A DNA stretch of 64,000 nucleotides, from positions 75,127-139,126 of the forward strand of contig CAVVQC010000001.1 in assembly GCA_963750275.1 (NCBI GenBank), read 5' to 3'. Positions 9,165 through 19,024 of the stretch are shown here, piece after piece. Source of the DNA: an uncultured Chloroflexia bacterium (GTDB lineage: Bacteria; Chloroflexota; Chloroflexia; Thermomicrobiales; UBA6265). The notes under the pieces are model-generated. The model was given only the letters and a program-made list of their open reading frames with translations. It ran no database searches and had not been told where the DNA came from. Every line of letters starts with the position of its first letter. The first letter of the stretch is position 1. The position numbers and the translations under genes were made by a program.

Positions 9165-9581
9165 GTGACAACAGTCAATGTAAAACTCGTCGAAGGCACG
9201 ATGGGAGTTGCCTCCGCCGGTCCCCATGCGATCGTGGTCGATCGATCACTTGCTGCTGGGGGAACCTACCTGGGTATGGTGGGTGGGGAGATTCTGCTCT
9301 CTGCGATCGGCACGTGCCTGATGACCACGTTGATTGGGGCGGCGCGCGCGCGGAACATCGAACTGACGCGGTTGGAATTCAATGTGTCGGGAGTGCATGA
9401 AGACGCGCCGTCACGGTATACCTCGATCGGCATCGAGGCGATCGTCGAAGCGGAAGCCAGCGACGAAGATATCAAGAAGCTTCTCGCCATTGCCGAACGC
9501 GGATGCACGGTGTCGAACACCGTTGCCCTCGGCGCGACGATCGATGTCACCCGTAAAGTCGAGGATCTGGCCCTCCGCTAA
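9165..9581 (+). CDS. OsmC/Ohr-family peroxiredoxin-like protein
   Basis: 138 aa with a GTG start after GAAGGAGA. It has the OsmC pattern GGE.LL.A.G.C.........A....I.L and a C-terminal ERGC.VSNT. Confidence 0.75.
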   Translation: MTTVNVKLVEGTMGVASAGPHAIVVDRSLAAGGTYLGMVGGEILLSAIGTCLMTTLIGAARARNIELTRLEFNVSGVHEDAPSRYTSIGIEAIVEAEASDEDIKKLLAIAERGCTVSNTVALGATIDVTRKVEDLALR

Positions 9582-9925
9582 CGGGAGCGTCCCGGTTTCG
9601 ACGTATCGAACTTCAGGCCGGTGACCGGGCGATCGTGGGTGAGATGCTCTTCTACGATCGCCCGGACTGCGTCGCAATCGACACACGCGTACATGGTCGG
9701 CCCTGGGAAGACATTCACCGACGGGCCCCAATCGCATCGGTCGCGACAGGATGTGGCAAGAATTTCCACCTCGCCGGACAGGCCGGCCGCGCGAACTGCT
9801 TCCTCGAAACACGCCAAAGTCGCCTTGCTGTTTCGGAGCGAACAGTTCGGCCCACGACAGACGTGCACGCGGTATTTCGCTGGTTGCTCTGCCGCAGGAA
9901 AGAGCGGAACTCGATCAGGGGGCAA
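9578..9925 (-). CDS. Thioredoxin-like [2Fe-2S] ferredoxin
   Basis: VHVCRGPNC ... ATSCRDRCDWGPSV gives a four-Cys pattern typical of the (2Fe-2S) ferredoxin/NuoE-like fold. It has a TTG start and overlaps the EVE gene stop by 11 nt. Confidence 0.7.
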   Translation of the reverse strand: MPPDRVPLFPAAEQPAKYRVHVCRGPNCSLRNSKATLACFEEAVRAAGLSGEVEILATSCRDRCDWGPSVNVFPGPTMYACVDCDAVRAIVEEHLTHDRPVTGLKFDTSKPGRSR

Positions 9926-10394
9926 GCTTGGCCGCCTGTGCTTCGATAGCCTCGCGGATCAACGCGAAATCGGAAGCGTTAATCGAATGGACATTCCCTT
10001 GAAAGGCGAGCGTCCAATTGGCCGCCGGCCATTTACTGGCATATTCCATCTGGCGAGCGATCGGCTCGGCATCGACGAAATCGTTATCGGGCAACGCGAT
10101 ATCGAGCTTGGTCTCTACCCGAAACGGGTAGTCCTCGGTGTCCTTCTTCGGGTCCGCGCTTTTCCAGATCGGTTCGTGACTTTCGAAATAGGGGGACGCA
10201 ATGGTCGAAATCGCGGCGAAGGCTTTCCGGCCGGTGATGTAATAGGCCATCTTATCGCCCGGTTTCATCTTTTCGGCTTTTTTACGATGGCGTGATTTCA
10301 ATCCCTGGACCGCGAATCCGAGCTCGCGAGTCTTTTCGAAGTTCCCTGGCGAACCAACGACAATCCAAAAGGCCGGCTCGTTCGAATCTGACAT
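9915..10394 (-). CDS. EVE (PUA-like, UPF0310) domain protein
   Basis: From ATG 10394 (RBS GAGGAAAG): MSDSNEPAFWIVVGSPGNFEKTRELGF...MKPGDKMAYYITGRKAFAAISTI..PYF....IW.....YPFRV. This resembles UPF0310/EVE proteins. The longer ORF to 10523 is unlikely. Confidence 0.65.
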   Translation of the reverse strand: MSDSNEPAFWIVVGSPGNFEKTRELGFAVQGLKSRHRKKAEKMKPGDKMAYYITGRKAFAAISTIASPYFESHEPIWKSADPKKDTEDYPFRVETKLDIALPDNDFVDAEPIARQMEYASKWPAANWTLAFQGNVHSINASDFALIREAIEAQAAKLAP

Positions 10395-10578
10395 CTTGTT
10401 ACTTTCCTCATTCTTTCGGGGCGCGTAGCCGTTGCTCGATCGAGTATGGCACGGGACCAGGGTGCTTCCGAACCTCCTGGAAGCCAGCCATGCGAGAAGT
10501 CTTCGGCATGGACGGTTGCTCAAAACCAGTTTGATTCGATATACTCGCGGATGGCGTTGAAGCGGCCTTCGCTACAAT

Positions 10579-10651
10579 GCCGACGTAGCTCAATTGGCAG
10601 AGCAGCTGTTTTGTAAACAGCAGGTTGCGGGTTCGAGTCCCATCGTCGGCT
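10579..10651 (+). tRNA. tRNA-Thr (anticodon UGU)
   Basis: 73-nt cloverleaf folded by hand: acceptor GCCGACG/CGTCGGC, anticodon loop TTTGTAA, T-loop TTCGAGT. There is one C-A mismatch in the T-stem (GCGGG/CCCAT). CCA is not encoded. Confidence 0.85.
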
Positions 10652-10686
10652 CCCGAAGGCGTTAATTCTCGTCAGTGCATGGACCT

Positions 10687-10770
10687 GGGCAGTTGCCAGA
10701 GTGGACAATTGGGCCTGGCTGTAAACCAGGTGCGTGAGCTTCGGTGGTTCGAATCCGCCACTGCCCACCA
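10687..10770 (+). tRNA. tRNA-Tyr (anticodon GUA)
   Basis: Acceptor GGGCAGT/ACTGCCC, anticodon stem-loop CCTGG-CTGTAAA-CCAGG, a long variable arm, T-arm GGTGG-TTCGAAT-CCGCC. CCA is encoded. Confidence 0.9.
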
Positions 10771-10802
10771 TGCAAAGGCAGCGAAGGCTGCGACAGCGGC
10801 TG

Positions 10803-10878
<76 letters not shown>

Positions 10879-10992
10879 ATTCCTGAGACATGCGGAATGA
10901 GACGGTGAGGGTCGGATCGCGCGGCTGCCTTGCTATAGCAAGGACTCGTGGGGTGGCATGCAGATGCCTCGAACACGATGCCCTCATGAGCG

Positions 10993-12180
10993 TCACTGGT
11001 TGAGACGGATGCGCCGCAACGCAATCGTCACGGGTGATTCATCCTCACCCTCACCGCAGGAAACGAACCATCTCCCGTTTCCTGACGCGGAATCCAGAGG
11101 GAGCGTAATCAACCAGAATACGTCTCCCTCGCCGTCTGCAAGCCCGCGCGTCGTGGTGATCGGTTCCGGACTACTGGGTCCATAGAGCGAAAGTGCGCAT
11201 TCCGCAGATTCGTCTGTGCGGGCGCGAACGATGACCTGAGCGCCGGGCTGAACGCTCCGTGGCGCAGAAACGAACGCTGCGTAGGTGCCGGAGACCGGTG
11301 AAGCCGGCATGAATAGATCGTTGGGTGTCGAAACCGACGGTGGGAATGCGCCGATCGCGTGTTCGGCATCCGCGCAAAATTCCGCTTCTGAGCGTTGGAA
11401 CGCGGTTTCGAACGCTTCGCTATGCGGCGCGCCCTGAGCCATGGAATCGCGATAGTCGCCTATCGCCGAAAGGTCGAGATTTTCCACGAGAGCTGCTGCC
11501 CCCAGATGGACGAGCGGATAGGCGACTCCGCTCATGGTTATTGGTGTGAGTGAACAGAGTTGCGCGCCTGTGGGCCAAATTCGTATGTGGGCGGCGTGAA
11601 AGGCAAGAATTTCGGTGTGGTCGGCCAAGCCCGATTCGTCGAGAAGACGCCATGCGAGAAATTCCGCCAGCCCCTCCTCCAGCCATACCGGACGCTGGTT
11701 CAGGTGCGGCGTGGGATCAAGATAGTAATGGGCGTACTCGTGGAGGATGCCTTTCATGCGTTCGAGATTCGACCGGGTGCTCCAGGCTTGAGATCCCGTG
11801 AAGAATTCGATGACGTCGTCGCGATATATGCCATAGGTCTCTCCGCGATCGCTCTCACCCGGCTGAACAATCACCGTGAGCGGCCGTCCGACTTTTGCAT
11901 CGAGGGTCGTGGCGAAGGTCGATTCGGCAAGCGCGATCGATTCGCGTATGAGCTCGACGTCGGCCGGATCCACGCCCTCCCCGGCGGTGATCGTGAAAGG
12001 CGCGTGTTGCGCCGTGCCGGCTGATACGTCTATCTGGAACGACACGAAGGCGAACAGCATGGCGAAGAATAGCCGTGACCGCCAGCTCGTGTTCACAGTG
12101 GAAGATGGAGTGATTATGTGCACGCTGTCCACCGTCCACGACCTTCCACTTGTGCGGTAGCGTCCGTTTGTTTCAACCAC
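10993..12180 (-). CDS. Secreted zinc metalloprotease, peptidase-MA-like (HExxH...E)
   Basis: ILHEYAHYYLDPTPHLNQRPVWLEEGLAEFLAW is a gluzincin motif of the Peptidase_MA_2 type. A hydrophobic signal (RLFFAMLFAFVSFQIDVSAGTAQ) is present. The start is uncertain: GTG 12096 would avoid the 67-nt overlap with the upstream gene. Confidence 0.7.
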   Translation of the reverse strand: MVETNGRYRTSGRSWTVDSVHIITPSSTVNTSWRSRLFFAMLFAFVSFQIDVSAGTAQHAPFTITAGEGVDPADVELIRESIALAESTFATTLDAKVGRPLTVIVQPGESDRGETYGIYRDDVIEFFTGSQAWSTRSNLERMKGILHEYAHYYLDPTPHLNQRPVWLEEGLAEFLAWRLLDESGLADHTEILAFHAAHIRIWPTGAQLCSLTPITMSGVAYPLVHLGAAALVENLDLSAIGDYRDSMAQGAPHSEAFETAFQRSEAEFCADAEHAIGAFPPSVSTPNDLFMPASPVSGTYAAFVSAPRSVQPGAQVIVRARTDESAECALSLYGPSSPEPITTTRGLADGEGDVFWLITLPLDSASGNGRWFVSCGEGEDESPVTIALRRIRLNQ

Positions 12181-13490
12181 ATGGCAAATCGGGCGTGTTC
12201 CGGCAGCGCGACGATCGTTGCGATTCCCATATCAAGGAGATGGCGATTCAGGAGAGTAGGCGATGCCGTGCTGTCGTCGATCCAGACGTAGGCGTATTTA
12301 CTCGAGAGCACTGCGGGATCGAGTTCGATTGCCACAGTGGCTCCTACCAAGGTCTGAAGATATTCGCGGGATTCGGGACCGTAACATCCTTCCAAAGGAG
12401 GAATGCTGGCTCCCAGGAGCACGAACTCCTGGAGCACGCCGTCTTCGGTTTTTACTCGCAGGGTGGCATCATCGTTCCACCCTTCGATCAATCCGCGCTG
12501 CAAAGGCGGAATTTCCGGGCGCGGCGGGAGCTCTCCGACGCTCATCTGCGGGTCGATGAGCGGGACAATCGAAAGCCACTGATCCGCAACCGATAAGCGG
12601 AGCTGGGAGGCTCCCTCCGGGACCTGATATACGAGCGCTAGCCGAACCTGGACGTCCGGAGCAATGGCTGCCGTATCCGTCAAGGGATCGTCGAGCTGAA
12701 GCGTGGCGTTGACGATCTGTGAATCGATCTGAGATGGCACGATTCGAGTGCCGTTCTCAGTTTCGATAACCGCGGAATCGATCTCGAACGGAATCAACAT
12801 GCTGCCAGCATTCGCAATGTCGGTGAGCACAATAAGCCATCGGTTTCCCGCGACACTGCTTAGTCCGAGGGACGGTATGGAATCATCGAGCACTGCGGAA
12901 GGAACCGAAATGTGCCAGGGGCCGGATGCGAAGGATTGCGCGGGCGGACTCTGTGAGGGTTCCCCGTCGATGTACAGACTCGACACCGCGGAATCGAACA
13001 CGCTGGGATCTGCGCGATAGAGACCCAATTGCGTATCGACGACGATCCAGAGGAGCAAGCCAGGAGAAATGAAACGGGCCTCGAAATACACGGCATAGGG
13101 ATCGAGTTGCTGTTCACTGACTCGGTAGCGATAGGTGAATATCGAGAATGCGCGTTCGGGAGAAAGAGACGTTACTGATTCGACTTCAGTTACGTCCTCC
13201 GCCGCAATGACATTGGTGAACCAGTCGTAAATCAGTTCGGGAACCGATAACTCAGCCGCAGTAGATTCGAAAATACCCACCATATGGACGTAGGTAATTC
13301 CATCCGAAAGGATTAAGTTCGTCGTTGATTCGCTCGTCGAATGCCAACGGTCAGACCAGGAGACGCGATAGTCGCTGGTAGCAAATGTTCCATGGCTCGT
13401 CGCAGGGGACACCGATGAGATGCCAAACCCCAGAAGGAGGAGGACAACCGGCATCATTCGGCGAAGGGCCCGGCTGAAGCGTGGTTGCAT
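12114..13490 (-). CDS. Secreted multidomain protein with C-terminal staphylococcal-nuclease-like (thermonuclease) domain lacking the canonical catalytic residues
   Basis: Signal peptide MMPVVLLLLGFGISSVSPATSHG. The C-terminus LLGASIPPLEGCYGPESREYLQTLVGATVAIELD...KYAYVWIDD...LLNRHLLDMGIA...GRGRWTAC aligns to the SNase pattern R-L-x-G-I-D-T/A-P-E...YGR..AYV...GLW. Confidence 0.65.
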   Translation of the reverse strand: MQPRFSRALRRMMPVVLLLLGFGISSVSPATSHGTFATSDYRVSWSDRWHSTSESTTNLILSDGITYVHMVGIFESTAAELSVPELIYDWFTNVIAAEDVTEVESVTSLSPERAFSIFTYRYRVSEQQLDPYAVYFEARFISPGLLLWIVVDTQLGLYRADPSVFDSAVSSLYIDGEPSQSPPAQSFASGPWHISVPSAVLDDSIPSLGLSSVAGNRWLIVLTDIANAGSMLIPFEIDSAVIETENGTRIVPSQIDSQIVNATLQLDDPLTDTAAIAPDVQVRLALVYQVPEGASQLRLSVADQWLSIVPLIDPQMSVGELPPRPEIPPLQRGLIEGWNDDATLRVKTEDGVLQEFVLLGASIPPLEGCYGPESREYLQTLVGATVAIELDPAVLSSKYAYVWIDDSTASPTLLNRHLLDMGIATIVALPEHARFAMWLKQTDATAQVEGRGRWTACT

Positions 13491-14041
13491 GAGAAACGTT
13501 CCTCGCTAACCGGCACTCGTCGGCCGCATCACCATTGAGTCGCAGTACCGCCAAAGGCTCGAACGAGTGGCTGGTAATTCATTGACATATCGAAGTTCTC
13601 TCGCAGTTTGGAACAAGACTCATTGGTCTGCAACACCTGCAGGGTGAGCTTCCGGCGACGATCGCGCTCATACGCCCATGGAAATCGATCGTCAGTACGC
13701 GTTCAGGGCAAATGGATTTCAATCCACCGGTAACGAGGTTTTGTCGAAGATTTCGACTAGCCTCCGAGTTGGAGGCTTGCCAGCTTTCAGGCGAACCGTG
13801 GAGTAGATACTCGGCAGATGTGGGACGTCATCGCCGTCTCCCATTTCGCCGGGACGTGAATTCCGGAGCACTGGCTGCGGCTGGGAGGCCTGTTCTTCCT
13901 TAGCGGTGTCAGACGGTTTGCCCTTGTTCGGTTTCCCTGATGCTCGGTTGCTCGCCAGCGGAGGAGAAATCGGGAGCGTATGGAATATCAGGGATCACTA
14001 CGGCCTGGTCGCCTCTTGTGGAATTCATCGACACGAGAGAG

Positions 14042-14070
14042 TGCAAAGCAGCCGGCAACTTGGGTATACT
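14042..14070 (+). promoter_or_regulatory. Candidate tuf promoter (weak -35 TGCAAA, 17-nt spacer, -10 TATACT preceded by TTGGG)
   Basis: TGCAAA-N17-TATACT lies about 187 nt upstream of the tuf GTG. The same TTGGGTATACT 11-mer occurs upstream of tRNA-Lys. Confidence 0.3.
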
Positions 14071-14256
14071 CTCCCGTTGGGACTTTGCGTCGGAACGCGA
14101 ACGACTGAATCCGGCGAAGAAAGTCGTTTCCGGACTCACTTCGGGTCGAAGCGCCGGGTCGTTGAATTTTTAGTTGGCTCCGATTGTAGGAGCCTGATGG
14201 TTGTCAGCGCACTTCGAGGCGCACCGTCTATCGATCCCGGGAGGTCGAAAAAACAA

Positions 14257-15456
<1,200 letters not shown>

Positions 15457-15562
15457 GCAAATCTGCTACACTTCGGAGTCGCGTTTCGAAGCTCATATTC
15501 GCAACGAAACGCGGCTCTTTGGTCGCGCCATCGATGCAGTTCAAAAAAGAGGATGATGTACA

Positions 15563-15733
15563 ATGGCCAAGAAGTCGAAGGCCGACCGGCAGACGATTAC
15601 GCTTGAATGCACGACGTGCCGCGAACGGAATTACACGACGGAAAAGAACCGGCGCAATGATCCGGCTCGGCTCGAGCTGAAGAAGTTTTGTGTTCGTTGT
15701 CGGACACATCAGCTTCACCGGGAAACCCGGTAA
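15563..15733 (+). CDS. rpmG: 50S ribosomal protein L33
   Basis: 56-aa ORF below the track cutoff: [56 protein letters not shown]. The RBS is AAGAGGA. Confidence 0.9.
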   Translation: MAKKSKADRQTITLECTTCRERNYTTEKNRRNDPARLELKKFCVRCRTHQLHRETR

Positions 15734-15768
15734 GCGCCAACTATGCGTAGCGCCATTCGGGCGCGTTT

Positions 15769-15844
<76 letters not shown>

Positions 15845-15943
15845 CGAGAACGTCGATCGGTGGGGTGGCGCCGTTGGGTTCCACCCTGTTTTCATGTCAC
15901 GAAGACGTTGCTCGTTCGTCGAAGAGTTGATTGGATTGTCGAG

Positions 15944-16309
15944 ATGAGCTCAGCTCAGCGCCGGTCTGCCGCTAAGCCTCGCCGTGGCGCGGCGAAAACC
16001 GAAGAGGTGGTGCAGGCAGACGCCGCGGTCGAGACGCCGAGACCGGGACAGAGTATGTCCCGGCCGCCAAAGCCGGCTCCTCCCAAAGAGGTAGATCCGG
16101 CAAAACCGCCGCGTGGCATTTCGTTGCGCATGAAGCGGCTTCGCGTCATTTTGCGCGACACCTGGTCGGAGATCAAAAAGATCTCCTGGCCGGATGGAGA
16201 AACGGTTCGTCGGTTGACCGCTTTGGTGATCGCCATGGCGACCGTGCTGGGGCTTTTGCTCGGCGGTATCGATTATCTGTTGCTCAAAATCTTCGACGCG
16301 CTGACGTAA
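15944..16309 (+). CDS. secE: Preprotein translocase subunit SecE
   Basis: From ATG 15944. The C-terminus is RDTWSEIKKISWPDGETVRRLTALVIAMATVLGLLLGGIDYLL. The longer ORF from 15815 overlaps tRNA-Trp. Confidence 0.85.
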   Translation: MSSAQRRSAAKPRRGAAKTEEVVQADAAVETPRPGQSMSRPPKPAPPKEVDPAKPPRGISLRMKRLRVILRDTWSEIKKISWPDGETVRRLTALVIAMATVLGLLLGGIDYLLLKIFDALT

Positions 16310-16330
16310 TGCAGCGCCGATTGGAATCGT

Positions 16331-16957
16331 ATGACTGAGACTACCGCGTCCGACACCATCGGACGAAAATCGATCAAGGAACGTCTTGCCGAGCGCCGTT
16401 CGGCGGAAGTCGGTGCGGACCAGGCCACGCTGGAAGGCGGCTGGTACGTTCTGCATACCTACTCCGGATACGAGAACAAGGTCAAGAAGTCGATCGAGAG
16501 CCGGGTCGAGTCACTCGATCTGGGCGAGCGCGTCTACGAGATCGTTGTTCCTACCCAGGAAGAGATCGAAATTCGCAGCGGTCAGCGCCACACGGTCCAG
16601 CGGAAAGTCTTCCCCGGGTATGTGCTGGTTCGCATGGAGCTCGATGATGAGACCTGGTATGCGCTGCGCAACACGCCAGGCGTGACCGGCTTCGTCAGTA
16701 TCAACAACAAGCCAGTCCCGTTGGGCGAACGAGAAGTCCAGGCGATCATGACTGGAATGACTGCGGAAGCACCCAAGGTGAAGATTTCCTTTCAACTTGG
16801 CGATACCGTTCGCATCGTGGACGGACCGTTTGCTGACTTCCGCGGTGAGATCGATGAAATCAACCAGGAAAAAGGCAAGATTCGGGTACTTGTATCGTTC
16901 TTCGGCCGCGAGACGCCGGTCGAGCTCGATTTTTTGCAAGCAGAGCGAGAGTCCTAG
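16331..16957 (+). CDS. nusG: Transcription termination/antitermination factor NusG
   Basis: WYVLHTYSGYENKVKKSIE..., KVFPGYVLVRMELDDETWYALRNTPGVTGFV, and the KOW motif GDTVRIVDGPFADFRGEIDEI. Confidence 0.95.
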   Translation: MTETTASDTIGRKSIKERLAERRSAEVGADQATLEGGWYVLHTYSGYENKVKKSIESRVESLDLGERVYEIVVPTQEEIEIRSGQRHTVQRKVFPGYVLVRMELDDETWYALRNTPGVTGFVSINNKPVPLGEREVQAIMTGMTAEAPKVKISFQLGDTVRIVDGPFADFRGEIDEINQEKGKIRVLVSFFGRETPVELDFLQAERES

Positions 16958-16990
16958 CGCCGGCGTTCGAACCGCCGGGAGGGTGCATTT

Positions 16991-17416
16991 TTGGCAAAAC
17001 GTATTCGTGCATATGTAAAACTTCAAATTCCCGCGGGGAAAGCCACACCGGCACCGCCGGTAGGTCCTGCGCTTGGACAGCATGGCGTCGCGATCATGAA
17101 CTTCGTCAAGGAGTACAACGAGCGCACCGCCAGTATGGCCGGCCAGACCGTTCCGGTTTTGATTACCGTTTATGAAGATCGATCCTTCACCTTCGTCACC
17201 AAGACGCCACCGGCGTCCGACTTGTTGCGCCGCGCCGCGGGAATCGAAAAGGGTTCCTCGAATGCGCCGAGCAGCAAAGCTGGGAAGGTGACCCAGGATC
17301 AGGTCCGTGAGATTGCTGAGACCAAGATGAAGGATCTCAATGCGATCGATGTCGATGGTGCCATGAAGCAGATCGAGGGCACAGCGCGCTCGATGGGGAT
17401 CGAAATCGTCGCCTAA
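16991..17416 (+). CDS. rplK: 50S ribosomal protein L11
   Basis: TTG start. [37 protein letters not shown]. Confidence 0.95.
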   Translation: MAKRIRAYVKLQIPAGKATPAPPVGPALGQHGVAIMNFVKEYNERTASMAGQTVPVLITVYEDRSFTFVTKTPPASDLLRRAAGIEKGSSNAPSSKAGKVTQDQVREIAETKMKDLNAIDVDGAMKQIEGTARSMGIEIVA

Positions 17417-17489
17417 CTTCGCTTTTCATTTTTCACATGTGGGAGGTCTTTCATTGGAGGGACCGCTCGGACCACGGAGGTAATTTTTC

Positions 17490-18215
17490 ATGCCGAGATC
17501 AGGCAAGAACGCGATTGCGGCTCGCGCAAAAGTCGACCGCGAACAACTCTATTCCCCTCAGGAAGCCATTGCCCTTATGCGTGAGGCGTCGTACTCGAAG
17601 TTCGACGAAACCGTCGAAGTGCACGCGCGTCTTGGCATCGATCCACGCCAGGCCGATCAGGCTGTTCGTACCACGGTTACCCTGCCTCATGGCACCGGTA
17701 GCACCGTACGGGTGCTGGTCTTTGCGCAGGGTGAAGCGGCTCGTCTTGCTGAAGAGGCCGGCGCCGACTTCGTGGGCGCTGACGAGCTGATCGCGAAAAT
17801 CAACGATGGTTGGGTCGAATTCGACGCAGCTATCGCCACAGCCGACATGATGGGTAAGGTTGGTTCCCTGGGCCGCGTGCTCGGTCGTCGCGGTCTCATG
17901 CCGAATCCGCGCTCGGGCACGGTGGTTCGCTCATCTGAAGATCTGCCGGGCGTTATCAAGGATCTCAAGGGCGGTCGTGTCGAGTTCCGCAATGATCGAT
18001 TGGGCATTATTCATACCATCATTGGCAAAATGCGTTTTACCGACGAAGAGCTGCTGGCAAACTTGCTAGCGTTCGTAGACGTGCTCAATAAGGCCAAGCC
18101 GTCAGGCGTCAAGGGTGTTTACTTGAAGTCTCTTGCGCTGACGAGTACGATGGGTCCCGGCATTCGTCTCGACATCGGTAAAGCTGTTGCCGATGCTGAT
18201 GGATCCGCTCAGTAG
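17490..18215 (+). CDS. rplA: 50S ribosomal protein L1
   Basis: 241 aa. FDETVEVHARLGIDPRQADQAVRTTVTLPHGTG... Confidence 0.95.
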   Translation: MPRSGKNAIAARAKVDREQLYSPQEAIALMREASYSKFDETVEVHARLGIDPRQADQAVRTTVTLPHGTGSTVRVLVFAQGEAARLAEEAGADFVGADELIAKINDGWVEFDAAIATADMMGKVGSLGRVLGRRGLMPNPRSGTVVRSSEDLPGVIKDLKGGRVEFRNDRLGIIHTIIGKMRFTDEELLANLLAFVDVLNKAKPSGVKGVYLKSLALTSTMGPGIRLDIGKAVADADGSAQ

Positions 18216-18419
18216 CTCGATTCGCAAGAATCGGTTGCAGTTACGTCGCACAATCCAATAGACCTGAGACAGTCGGGGCCTGCGGGCTTAATTTCCGGCC
18301 GAGGTCCCTGAAACGGTGAACATCGCACGTTCGATGAAAACGCCCTGGGACTTCGAGTTCCAGGGCGTTTTTCTTTACGAATCCGTTTCTGAGTTGGAAA
18401 GAGAAAGGAGGTAAACGCA
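18216..18419 (+). promoter_or_regulatory. rplJ (L10) leader with terminator-like attenuator hairpin
   Basis: CGCCCTGG-N11-CCAGGGCG at 18341..18367 is followed by TTTTTCTTT, only about 45 nt before the rplJ RBS AAAGGAGG. This position is consistent with the known L10-leader autoregulatory element. Confidence 0.55.
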
Positions 18420-18956
18420 ATGCCAACTAAAGCCAAAGCTAATACGATCGATGAGCTGTCCGAACAGATTTCTAACGCAAAGTTGATCGTGCTCACCGAC
18501 TACCGCGGTCTGCGGGTTTCTGATCTTCAGGAGCTTCGCATCAACCTCCGCAAGAGTGGTGGTGAGATTCGAGTGGCCAAAAACACCTTGACTCGGATCG
18601 CCGCTGAAAATGCGGGCATCACCGGACTCGACTCTTATCTCGAGGGTCCGCTTGCACTGGGTATCGCCAATGACGACATCGTAGGGTTCTCGAAAACGCT
18701 CTCCGACTTCGCTCGCACGTCGCGCGTTCTCACCATTCGTGGTGGTGTGCTCGACAACAACTTCATTAGTGCCGAGCAGGTAGAAGCAATCTCGACTCTG
18801 CCTTCGAAGGAAGTTCTGCAGGCGAAGCTTCTCGGTCTGCTGCAATCGCCGATGGCACGCACGGTCGGAGTTCTCAGTGGTCCGAGCCGTTCTGTCGCCT
18901 ACTTGCTTCAAGCGCGCGCCGATGAACTCGGCGGCACGGCCATGGCGGCCGATTAG
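18420..18956 (+). CDS. rplJ: 50S ribosomal protein L10
   Basis: 178 aa. LIVLTDYRGLRVSDLQELR..LR..G.EIRVAKNTL. Confidence 0.95.
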   Translation: MPTKAKANTIDELSEQISNAKLIVLTDYRGLRVSDLQELRINLRKSGGEIRVAKNTLTRIAAENAGITGLDSYLEGPLALGIANDDIVGFSKTLSDFARTSRVLTIRGGVLDNNFISAEQVEAISTLPSKEVLQAKLLGLLQSPMARTVGVLSGPSRSVAYLLQARADELGGTAMAAD

Positions 18957-19024
18957 TTCGACATTCGTTTGGTAGGTACGTTTCAGCCAGGGTCGAATAA
19001 ACCGGCCCGCGAAAGGAAATTAAC

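Noticed and set aside
10573-10578. TACAAT hexamer directly abutting the tRNA-Thr(UGU) 5' end, considered as a promoter -10.
   Set aside because: A transcription start 6-8 nt downstream would fall inside the mature tRNA. The TATACT at 10550-10555 is a more plausible -10, but it is still unsupported.
10579-10651. C-A mismatch in the T-stem of tRNA-Thr(UGU) (GCGGG/CCCAT), considered as a possible tRNA pseudogene.
   Set aside because: All other stems, the T-loop, the D-arm and the anticodon loop are canonical. A single mismatch is tolerated in many functional tRNAs.
13906-14256. 117-codon N-terminal extension of EF-Tu in the ORF track (516-aa ORF).
   Set aside because: The canonical EF-Tu N-terminus ([26 protein letters not shown]) begins at GTG 14257, preceded by GGGAGG. 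The extension has no homologous counterpart and an atypical composition.
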